This document shows positions 48,340 to 59,500 of a stretch of DNA of 64,000 nt, one piece after another (the first letter of the stretch is position 1; every line of letters begins with the position of its first letter). The position numbers and the translations under genes are program-made. The DNA is taken from assembly GCA_000934665.2 (NCBI GenBank), contig JYFJ02001209.1:1-64000 (forward strand). Reading direction: 5' to 3'. The notes beneath the pieces are model-generated. The model ran no database searches. It was not told the DNA's origin and saw only the letters and a program-made list of their open reading frames with translations. This DNA is from Catajapyx aquilonaris. Taxonomy: Eukaryota.

Positions 48340-49416
48340 TCATTCTTTGCAGTTTTTCTCAAAGTACTTCCTTTTCTTTTCTGGGTCAGGAATTATCTGC
48401 AATCAAAAAACAATGACATATTATTCCCACCACTAATTTGAATCGAGTGAAATTGTGGTCGTGATCTATAAACCATTGCGAGCATTTGATGAGTAATGTT
48501 ATTTACAGCTTCACATTATTATTGCTATTACCAATGCTATGTTTTAATTACTGCTTGTGATCATCTGATTGGGAACCTCAGAAACAATTAGAGCACTAAC
48601 CGTATCGCTGCCAGGTTTCCACTCTGCAGGGCACACTTCCCCATGCTTATCTGTGTACTTGAAGGCCTGCACCAAACGCAGAGTTTCATCCACGCTGCGT
48701 CCAACGGGCAAGTCATTCATGGTGATCTGACGTAGGATCCCCTTGTCGTCTATGATGAACAGACCTCTAAGCGAGTGCCCAAGGTCATCCAGGTACACAC
48801 CATAGTCCTTGGAGATTCGGTGGGTTAGGTCGGACAGGAGGGGAATGTTCAGCTTTCCAAGACCCCCCTCCTTCCGTGCCGTGTTCATCCAAGCTAAATG
48901 GGTGAAATGCGAGTCCACGGAGCAGGCCACCACCTCCGTCTGGATGGCCCGGAACTCATGGAGGCGGTCGTTAAAAGCCAGGATTTCCGTCGGGCACACA
49001 AACGTGCTGGAAAAATGAAGTGTCCTTAAAATGTTCCAACCTGTAAATCTAAAACCGCACTTACAAGTCCAGCGGATAGAAGAAGAAAACAAGGTATTTC
49101 CCCAGATAGTCGGACAGCTTGAGCTCCTTGAAGGACCCATTGACCACGGCCGTCCCATTCCACGGTGGTGCTGGCTTTGAAACTGAAACAGTTGGCAATC
49201 AGCCCCTGCGTACTCTTTACATAACATGCACGTACTCATGGCCTTGGTCCACTGGAAGGAGTGTCCCGACGTCCTTCCAGTCTCCTGCGGGTACACCGCT
49301 CCTCCAGCGTAGGACCTGCATGCCTCCTCCCCGGTGGCCGCCCCTAGCTTCAGAGCCAGCAGGCAGGAGGCGACCAGCGTGGCCAGCACCGCCATCGCCC
49401 GACTGCTTTGCGCCAT
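48340..49416 (-). CDS. Prx4: Peroxiredoxin-4 (typical 2-Cys, secretory/ER; Jafrac2-like), ~253 aa
   Basis: Exons 49236-49416, 49065-49182, 48601-49006, 48340-48396 (762 nt). Signal peptide, Prx4-type [14 protein letters not shown], peroxidatic [14 protein letters not shown] and resolving HGEVCPAEW motifs. Start could instead be the upstream in-frame ATG at 49563 or another nearby Met. Confidence 0.96.
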
Positions 49417-49555
49417 GTCACCAGCACTCATCAGGAAGGATGGTCGACCGGCTGGCATTGTCCGAATTGGACCGCGCGCAACGGCCCCAAACGGCAGGGA
49501 GGCCGCACCAGGCCCCCGGGAAACTACGAACAAATAGACACCGCGCCGCGCCGGG

Positions 49556-49569
49556 GTCGCCATGGCAAC
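49556..49569. promoter_or_regulatory. RFX X-box-like palindrome
   Basis: GTCGCCATGGCAAC, 13/14 match to the palindromic X-box GTTGCCATGGCAAC, in the GC-rich divergent promoter region. Confidence 0.55.
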
Positions 49570-49736
49570 ACGGGCCGTGGCACAACAAACAACACACGAG
49601 GCTTTTTATTCGGGGGACATCGGACAGGGAGGGTTGAGGCCACCGTCTTAGAGCCTCTCGCGGGGGTTTGGCAGGGCTGTTTTTTTAATTGCTTTTATTA
49701 ACGCGTGCTGGATCCGCTGGTGGGGGGGGGTCGTCC

Positions 49737-49761
<25 letters not shown>
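49737..49761. repeat. (GA)n microsatellite / potential GAGA element
   Basis: About 12 GA units in the divergent promoter region. Confidence 0.85.
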
Positions 49762-49767
<6 letters not shown>

Positions 49768-50236
49768 AGGTGACTATTATTATTGTAGTTGGAAGTATTA
49801 AGGGTTCGACGATGTGTGGTGTTCGAACGTATTGATTCGGTAATAGGGGGTCAGCAGGGCAGTGATTCTAGGCCATTTCACACGAACATGTGGACTGATT
49901 TTTGTAAGTGAAATATGACGTCTACTAAACAGTATTACAATAATAGTAATCTGGATGATGCGTTAACCCCTGTGGCGTATAACTGACCTTTATTGCTGTG
50001 ATGTACGCACATGTAGTTCCCAAGTAGCACAGAGACATCCTATATGGATATCGAAATATCTAGTGGATATGTATCCATATGGATGTCCCAAGGCGTATAC
50101 AGTACTGTATAATGCGGTTAACATAATAATTATGTTACATCACGTATTATGTGATGTAATATTTTTCCACGTAAGTAATTCGTGGTGTCGAAAGCTGATT
50201 ATTTTTAAATGAATCCTGCTTGGTGGGACACATATG

Positions 50237-50318
50237 AATTTTCGTCCCACTGTAATAGTTACTGCTAAGCCAGTGCCAACACTGGTAGCTACTGCTAAGT
50301 TAGAAGTGGGACGTAATT
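50237..50318. mobile_element. Degenerate MITE, family B (related to 55321-55428)
   Basis: AATTTTCGTCCCACT / AGTGGGACGTAATT inverted ends; internal ACTGCTAAG and GCCAACACTGGTA blocks shared with the copy at 55321. Confidence 0.65.
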
Positions 50319-50359
50319 TTTGGCAATATAATCTCAAGCTGTTCTTTCGTATGTACAGA

Positions 50360-53005
50360 ATGATCGCGTACGAAGATGCTTCTGATAACAAAATTGACCT
50401 TATGCTGGTGGGTCCGAGATTCCGTGATTTTATGCGGCATCAGGACGACCGACACCTGGATGATGACAATGACGTCGTGGCACCGAATTTATCAGGCAAG
50501 TTTCATTTTGGCAGCAACAAAGCTCAAGGTCGCACGTTGCCTTACTAATTACGTCCAGTTTCCGAAATCAAAATGCAGGCATGCAATTTCGAGGCAATTC
50601 TATAGTCGCACAAAAAAAAATGAATTTTAAGCACTTCTATAGTTTATAATGGCACGAAGGCTATTTCTGCCAGATGATCACGACAGGAGAATGAGCTCGT
50701 GGGAACAGTCTTGTTGGAGTTCAGTGATACCTTGTCAGATTGAACTCCTTTTGCTTTCAAAGAATGTGTACGATGTTAATTATCAGAAAGTCTGTGCGTG
50801 CATCAAGGGTATATAGGAAAACCTGCATTAAATCAATAGTTTTTGGGAACATGCATCGCAGATGTAGAGCAAGATGCTCTAGTCTGGATTTTGTTGCTGT
50901 GAAAAATGGCTGCTTCGTTTTTCGAACTAGTTCGTAGGCTTAACAATTTCGTCTCTCACACAGCAGGGTACACAAGTCCCGTGGATGACATGGAGGAACA
51001 GCTGAGGATCATCAACAAGCAGTGGCAAAATATCTCCGTGCCTGACCTGACCAAGAGAAAGAGCAAAGTGGCATTCAATGAAGAAACGTCGGTCATCTAT
51101 TACACACCTTCGCCTACATTTTGCACATCTACAGGTTTGTCATATTAATTTTTGTAAGCGGCACACATCAACAGTGTTGTTGTTGTTGTTGTTGTTGCTA
51201 TTATGCAATTTCCTAGACAATGACAACAATAGAGTCATTTGGATCAGTGTATTACGGTGCAGCTGCAATCAGATGAGAACGTGTCATTTGATCCAGCCGC
51301 GGATTTATGTAATACCCATTACGTTTCTAAGGTAGATGGTGCAATCTTGCAAAGATACTTTCAATAACAATTCAACATTTCAGAGGAGTTCAGGTTTGAC
51401 GAATCCTTGGACAGTGAAGATAAGGAGATCGCAACTCATCAGACAATGGTGCAGGATCAGGAGGAGGACACGAAGACGTCGAATGAGAAACCCTCTGAGA
51501 AACCAAAGGAAGGAAGAGAAGATCCGATCAACTACGAGGAGATGGAAAAGCTTATGCGGAAGGTGACCCTAATGGGATGCGACCCGACATATAAGGAGGA
51601 AGAGGAGGAGGAGGAGGAAATCGTCATGGTCTCGTGCCTAAAACTGAAGGAAGGCAGAAGGGCGCTGGTTCGGGATTACCAGGCCTACAAATCCGATCCA
51701 TCAGATATGCCCATCATATACGAAGGGGTGACTCAAGACGGGGAACTGGTGTCCTACGCTGGGGTGTTCAAGCAGAAGGAGCTGATGGAAGAGGTGCAGA
51801 ACCGGATGAGGGCATCCGGGCTGAGGCATTTCCTGACATCAGAGAAGGATTTGCCACAAGAGGTGCCTCCAGGGTACGTGTCGGATGATGATCTGTACCA
51901 AGAAGGCTGGAAGGAGGAGGAAGAGGAATATTATTCGGCAAAGTCTTCGGATTGGTCTGGATATGTGGCGGCTGGGGAGGCGAGTATGGAGGAATGGGTG
52001 ATTACAGGACAGGCAAAGAGGAATAGGGGTACGAAGAAGAAGAAGAGTGCAGATTACAGAAGCAGGGCCAGGGAAGGAGGCGGGGATGGCTTTTCTCTCA
52101 AGAGCCAGCAGACCATCATGTCGTCTTCATTACCTCCAGTGCCGATGCCAAGGAAGAAGTCGTCTGGGAAGTCCGGAAGTTCCAACACGTAAGTAGGCTA
52201 TTTAACGCCTTTGCTGCTTTGACTCCTCCTTATCATCATGCCTGCCCTTTCAGGACGGCCAAGAGTCAGACCCAGTCCGAGACACCCCCAAAGCAAAAGG
52301 CAGTGATAGCCCCGAGGAGGGTGCCTGCCTCTACGGACATCCGGGCCAAGTTTTCCGAGACAGAGGTTCCCCTGCGCGATCCGTCCAAGCCCCATCAGCC
52401 ATACCCCATGGTCAGAGGCAAGTCCTTCAAGGAACCCTTCCGTCCGAGCGTCTGGAGCACGACCAGTATGGTCCCACCCAGAAGGACCCTTGCGAAGTCC
52501 CCAGCATTGGCACAGCCCGTGCCGCCCAGAACCAGATTGCTCAGACGAGGGGTCGTCAGGACGGAGGTTTCGAAGGAGGCCTGCGGGGCATTGGATGATG
52601 CCACGAAGGCCAGGAGGAGGATGGCAGACGAGGCGTTCACCAGGTGGCTCAAGTCTAAGATCACCCAGAACAACCTCCAGAGGAGGTGGGAACACCTGAA
52701 GAAGGTGGAGGAAAAGGGCACTGAGGCCGAGATGTCCAGGATATCATGCGACATGGCTTACAAGCAGTGAGTCTACTAATAATAAGTGGCGTGCCGAATA
52801 TCGCAATGAACACTAAACTGTCCTATATCCATTACACAGGTGGCTGCATCATAAGACTATGACCACAAAACAGATATCTGGATCTCGCCTAGCAGCCGAC
52901 GCTCCACCTCGAAGCAAAACCAGCAGGTCATCGCTGCAGAAGAAGTTGGACGAGAAACTGATGCAAACGTACAAGATTTATACAGCAAAGCGGAACGTCG
53001 TTTGA
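50360..53005 (+). CDS. Uncharacterised ~596-aa low-complexity protein with C-terminal AF/Y..WL..K repeats (CCDC34/CCDC181/MAP9-like)
   Basis: Exons 50360-50495 (GC donor CAG|GCAAGT; 5' end uncertain, alternative ATG 50906), 50964-51134, 51384-52188, 52254-52766, 52840-53005 (1791 nt, phase-consistent); AATAAA at 53089-53094. Motifs ADEAFTRWLKSK and CDMAYKQWLHHK. Confidence 0.75.
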
Positions 53006-53167
53006 CACCAAAAGTAATTTTTTTTAATTGTGTGTGTATATGAAAGGTGCCTATTAATTATCGTTTACATGTTAATATGTCACACGGGAATAAATTTACA
53101 CCGTGACAATCGTCGTCGTCCCTGGTTTTTGATTCCTGCTCCTGAAACGGATGAGTTCACCCTCCTG

Positions 53168-53179
53168 CCGCCAGATGGC
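53168..53179 (+). promoter_or_regulatory. CTCF-like core motif upstream of LTN1
   Basis: CCGCCAGATGGC fits CC(A/G)C(C/T)AG(A/G)(G/T)GGC and lies between a poly(A) signal (53089) and the LTN1 start. Confidence 0.3.
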
Positions 53180-53400
53180 CGAAATTCCCTTTGAAAAAAG
53201 TGAGGGTCGCATCGCGTGTGTGGTGTCGTCACTTGTCCGCGTTTCGCTCTTTCCTTTTTGTGCTATCTTTCACATTGGTTGCAGCCTGTTGTGAAACACA
53301 TCGCAATATACACCTCTGCAGGAAGGAATCCTGCAGTTCCATCCGGCCAGGCACAGTGAGCTGCAGGTGCACTAATTGATCTACAGGCTGAACCAGAGGC

Positions 53401-53451
53401 ATGGGGGGAAAGAAGCAGCAGGCACAGAGGACCAAGGGAAATGCACGGGTA

Positions 53452-53501
<50 letters not shown>

Positions 53502-56500
53502 TAAATAATAATAATAATAATAGGAAAGAAACAGCTGAAGCAGCGCAATTGTGCAGTTATGAAACGTCCTGTGTGCAACTGCATCTCATTTTCAGCCCTC
53601 CAACAGTGGGCGGAGTGCGGAGCTGTTGGCTGGTGTGTCGGGTGTGATCAGCTTCTCAGCTTTGCAAGAGAGGAGTTATGTTCCGGTGCTGCCCAGTCAG
53701 GGGGCGGAAGATGGGGACGACTCGCTTAGTTCGGACTTCCGATTGGTGCTGCGCAAGATGGGGAAGCGTGATGTTACTACAAAGCTTAAGGTGGTAGTCT
53801 GCAGTGATTGGTTTTTGAAATGGAGTGTTTCATGTTCATTTATAGCTAGTCATAAGGTGTGTGCGTTAAAAGATGGACACTTTTTCTCTCAGACTCGTAA
53901 GTGGCGAAAATATAGATTTGAAATATGACAATTGGCAATTATTTGGCTCTAGGGCCACCAAAACTGTAAGGAACACACCTACTTTTAATTTTTCTGGCAA
54001 TGGTAAATGATTTTGGTTATATTGCCTGTTGTTCACTGAAATTAATGTTTAACCCTGGAACCGTGCCATGGGGTCTTTTTGGACCCCAAGGAAAAAAATG
54101 CATTAAAATGAACTTTTGCCATTTTTTTACAGTATATAACAGGTAGTGCAGGTTTATTTTGAATTAGCGATCATTTTAGGCATTGTTCAAAGAATGATTG
54201 TATACAGGGTGGTCGGTAAATGGCGCACAAGCTTCAGGTAGCGAGATTCCATGTGAAAAACCAGTATATGGAAGTGACGGGCATATTGCTCTACGAGGCC
54301 TGGCTAGGGCTCACGAGGACTCCAAAGTTTGGGCCAAATCATGACGTCACATCCGCCCGCGAAATTCAAACACTACCGTATCGCTATCGTACGTGGTTTG
54401 TTGCCATGTTGACACCCCCCACATGTTCACCAAACAATGGAACCGTATAAACTCGCGGGGACGTTGCCAGGCACGCAGCGACGAAGGCATGGCAATGCCT
54501 GGTAACGTCCCAGCCAGTTTATGCGGTTTCATTGTTTTGTGGAAATGTGGGCGATGTCAACATGGTAATCCCTGGCAACGATCCACAGACGTAGCGATAC
54601 GGTAGTGTTTGAATTTCGCGGGCGGATGTGACGTCATGATTTGGCCCAAACTTTGGAGACCTCGTGAGCCCTAACCAGGCCTCTTAGAGCAATATGACCT
54701 TCACTTCCATATACTGGTCTCTCACAAGGAATCTCGCTACCTGAAGCTTGTGCGCCATTTACCGACCACCCTGTATAGTCAATACATTGAAAAGTATTAT
54801 ACAATAATTAAGAAAAATTAAAATATGGTGGGGTCCGAAAAGGCCCCATGGCACGGTTACCGTAATACTCATAGGCACGGCACGGTTCCAGGGTTAATTT
54901 TATTTATGCTTGAGCAAAGCTGGTTGCATGATGTGGTCATGCTTCAAGCATCCATCAAAAAATTGACATTATTTATTATTGCAAAAAATAGTTATAATTT
55001 ATTGACATTTCCAACATATTGGCATTGGATGAAGAAACTAGACATATTTGAAAATTTCAAACCAAGATTTCCCAAATTCAAGAGACAAGTAGGAAAAAAC
55101 TGTGGGTGCCTTTTTAGTCAAATACAGTAGGTGCTCGATTTGGTGGATTTTTGGATAAATACAGTACTGTATTGTTGGTCTCTGCACTCTCTGAAGTCTG
55201 TTAAATACCATACGTCTACTGCAGTTCTTGCCAAAAGAAGGGAAAAGAGGCCTCAGAACCCAATGACCCTCAACCTGCACATTTAATGGGCGGTTCCCGC
55301 CCATTAAATGTGCATAATAAGGGTGGAATTCTCGTCTCACTGATAGTCACTGCTAACATATCAGTACCATTGCCAACACTGGTACTGCTAAGTTAGCTGT
55401 CACTATCAGTGGAACAAAAATTCCACCCTAAATGTTTAAAATAGTCAGCATTAAAAAGAGCAATTTAAGTACTGTCTGAGGGAAAATTTGAAAATCTTGG
55501 AACCTATCTCATTTACTTCCATTATAATTTTGTCTTGTTTTACACCTTTTCATTTTACGCCGCATATTGCTGGAACCAATTACCGACATAATATGGGTAC
55601 TACCCGTATTACCACATAACTCTGCAAATAGCAGGGCTGGAATAATTTGCAATTTCATTAGTCTTCTTATGACCGTCTGTTTCCAAGAATGACGTTGATA
55701 TGTTCAACAGGCACTGGACGAATTCAAGGAATTGTGTGGTGATAAAAATACCATTGAGGATGTGAAGGCAGTGCTCCCATTCTGGCCTCGCATCTACAAC
55801 CGCCTGGCAACAGACCATGAACGGCGTGTGAGGGAAGCAACACACCAAGCACTGCATGAGGTGGTTCGGAAGGTTGGACGCTCTCTTGCTCCACATCTGC
55901 GTTCACTGGCACCTGTGTGGCTGACCTCCCAGTGTGACCCCTACCCTCCTGCTGCCTCTGCCGCTAAAGCTGCCTTCCAAGATGCATTCCCTCCTGGGAA
56001 ACAAACAGAGGCCATTGTCTTCTGTCAGGATGAGCTACTGGCATATGTGCAGGACAACCTATTCAATCAGACTGCACAGAGCCTTAGTGACCCAAAGTGA
56101 GCCTCTTAATTCTTAGATGGTGTTATTTTAATTTTTAAGCTGTGTTTAAAACAATTGCATCATATTGTATCATTGAGATATGTTTCACTGGGCTGAGACG
56201 CACCTTTCAGATAACTGCCAAGGGCTCACTCCTGATAATTATGTCTCTGTATGTGATTGTTCAATGCCACTAGAGACTGTGACGTGATCGAATTTTTTTC
56301 TTCTTTGTTTGAAATATTTTATAAAAACTTCATGTCTGTGGAAATTGGCTGCCTTGCTAGCATGTGACCTCATTGGCAATGGAAATTTATTAAACATACC
56401 TTGCCTTTCTAGATTCACACCTGAGGAGGAGATGGAAGCCAAGTACAATCGTATGATATCTGTTTGCCTCCTTGGATATCAGCTATACTTGCAGAAGGTG

Positions 56501-59500
56501 CCTGAGAGTGATGCCAACAAGAGTGAAGATGTGCACAGGGCCATTCTTACTAACCCCAAGTTTTGGAAGTACAGGTCCAGCAAAGTGAACACCGTGAGTA
56601 TTTCTCCTGCCTAAGATGGGTTCACTTTATTTCATAGCATATTGTTCACTTGAATGGCACTACAGATTTTCTATTATTAAAATCAATACACCTGCACAAT
56701 AGAGTTTAAATGTTGACTTTTTATATGACTCTCTAATTGTGATTCACCTTTATGGCCTGAGACAGTAGATGTTTCATTTTGGTTGAGAATACCTTGTTAT
56801 ACATGTAGCTGTTTGATCTTGCAGATACGACAGGCTTGGTTCACCACAGTATCCACCATATGTGAGAAACTTCCAAGCTTAGTCAATGAAATGGCATCCA
56901 AGATAAGTCCGGCAGTGTTGAGCAGTCTGGACGAGGGTGATCCTTGGGTCCTTCCCTATGCCTGGGAAGCAGCTCTTCACGTGTTGGTTGTAATCAAGGT
57001 AGTGCACAATATTGAGACTGTGCATCTTCAGATATACTGATTGGATTTTAAAATACTCATGTTAATTTGCAGGATTGCTGGAAGCATGTGAATGTGCAAA
57101 AGGCAGTACTTCCCAAACTCTGGCGGATCTTGCGAGAAGGAGGTCAGGGCAGTTCTTCAACCGTGTTCCCATTCCTGCTGCCTTTTATTAGCAAACTGCC
57201 AGCTGATGTAACTGGAGATCAAAAAGCATTTTACAGCCGATTTTTTACCAACATGAAAGAAGGGTGAGGAATATGTTAATATTCTCAGATACATTCAATA
57301 TTCTATATGTATTTACTTCATTATCACTCGTGGTATGATAGCGCATTACTCACTCTGCAAATCCCACAAGCTATTCTAATAATGAAACAATAGATAGGAA
57401 GTACTTTACTTCCACTTTGGCTGAGGAAGATTTTTATATTTCAGGTTGGTGAGTGATACAGCAAAGTCCAGCAGCAGTGAGCGGGGAGCTATAGTAAGTG
57501 CATACATGGAGTGCCTCCAGTATGTCCTAACACGGAATGAAGAGAGCAGCATGTGGCGAGACCTGCTATTAGACCATCTTTTCCCATTACTGGAGGCTTC
57601 CCATCTTGAACCATCCAGCCAGTTGTCTACAACTTGCTTGTATTCGCAACTTGCAACATTTCTGCATTACATTGAAAAAAGTGACAAATTGAGTCCCGAA
57701 GAGGTTGTCTTTGTATGGGACACCCTGAAGGATATGTGCTTACGTGTGCTCCAGGCTGAAGAAATAGCAGGTGTCTTGGATACTCTGATGAGGATGATGC
57801 TATGCCTGAAGAAGTGCAGTAGAAAGCGCAAAGGTCGTGTTCGCTTTGAGTCCGACTCTCAGAAGGAGGATAAAGTAGTGACTGATTCAGTACCTGAGGT
57901 GAAGCATTTGCCACAGCTGGTCCTTGTCCTCTTGCGGCTGTCACTGGAAAAATGCAAGAAGACTCAGACGAAGATTTGGTTGCACTTTTTTGCCGATCTC
58001 CTTCGCCACTTTATCACCAAGGACATGCTTGCCACCTTGATGGAAACAGAAAGTGGAGAGGAAGCAGCAGAAAAGTTATTTACAGAAATACTGAAACCTT
58101 GGCTTGAGGATGGCAATGTGTGTGTGGAGGAAGTGGTGGTGGTGATGTTTCATTCGATCCAGTTTGTCAGCCCGCTAAAGAAGGCAGAAGTGTTGAAGGA
58201 GGTGGTTAAGGTGAGGTTTTTCAATCTAATTGTTTGTGCTCATGATTAATGGTTAAGTTTTTTCAGCCCGACCGTCCTGAAGTTCTTCTCTTCGCACTGC
58301 TTCAAGCTAAGCAGACATACCAGGAGGAAGTGGGCATCCGAAAGTGGCTGAGGAGTCTGGAGGTAAAGCAAGCATTCACACAATTAGCTCAAAAACTGTG
58401 CGTCCAGAGCCTGGATGGTGAGAAAGGAACCAGAGATCCTTCCACCCAGACTATCTGGGAAATCATGAAGTTTTGTTTCACCCTCAACAGAGATCGTGGT
58501 GAGTCACAGCAAACTTTGTTCACTGTTGCAAGCTTGAATTTAATTGCACTTAAACCTTTCCGTGACTCTTTGTATCCCTTTTCTGACCATAGAACCTTTA
58601 TGTGGAGAGTCCTTGGATAGCATCTTGGCAACATTTCGTTCAGCTCTGCCAGACCCACAGACCACAGATTGTAACCCTCCTTTAGATTCATGCATAAATT
58701 TCCTATGCGACCTGTCCGCCCTGCTGTTGGGCAGTGAATCCCCCTGCTGGCAACTTCCAGCTGCCGAAGATCTATTGGTGTGTACATTTGCCTTCTGGTG
58801 CCGCCCTCTTCCTGGGAGGCACGATTTTAGAAGGAGACTGCGAAAGGTGTGGAGCCTAGGACTGAGGAATGCCAGCAGGGCACTCCCAATGAGAATGGCT
58901 GCAGTGGTTAGGCACGTTCTGGAGGAGCCACTAAACGTGAGAGAGGTGGGGAGGTTGGTGAAGGCTGCCAGTGAGGTTGTGAAAAGTGGTGGAGATAAAG
59001 GTGAGGTACTCAGGGGGTGTGTACCGAGAGGTAGGCCATCCGGCGGAAGGAGTTGTCTGGCTGCTCATCTGTTGAGGAGAAAGCTGGCATTTTTGGCACC
59101 AGTGCCAGAAATGGAGGTGGACATACTGAAGGTGTATTGGTCACTCTTTGCAATTGGGTTGGTTGGAGAAGTTGGTTGCGGAGCTGGTAAATGGAGCAGG
59201 GAGGATGAAGAAGTGGAAGATGAAGAGGAGGAGATGGTGGAAGAGGAGGAAGAAGAAGGAGTGGAGGATGTTGAGGAGGGCGTCACTGAGGAAGAGGTTG
59301 CAGAGGAAGAGGAGCACGAGAGGGAGGCTACCATTGACATCGAAACTGCCTTGCCAAACATAATTCCAGACTTGATGTATGCCATTGCATACTGTGATGC
59401 CGTTCTTGATCAACATCAGCAGGTTGGTCATTGTTCCTGCTTTCCCACACATTTATTATGTTTTTCGCATAGAACATATTAATGCCAGGGCATGCATTCG

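Noticed and set aside
48307..48342. Short open frame after the Prx4 TGA (possible read-through or Sec)
   Set aside because: Context TGA-GCC is not a known leaky context and no SECIS-like stem was seen.
48544..49563. 339-aa single ORF covering Prx4
   Set aside because: Artefact: two introns of 53 and 58 nt sum to a multiple of 3, so the ORF leaves and re-enters the true frame; the FYPLDF exon is in another frame.
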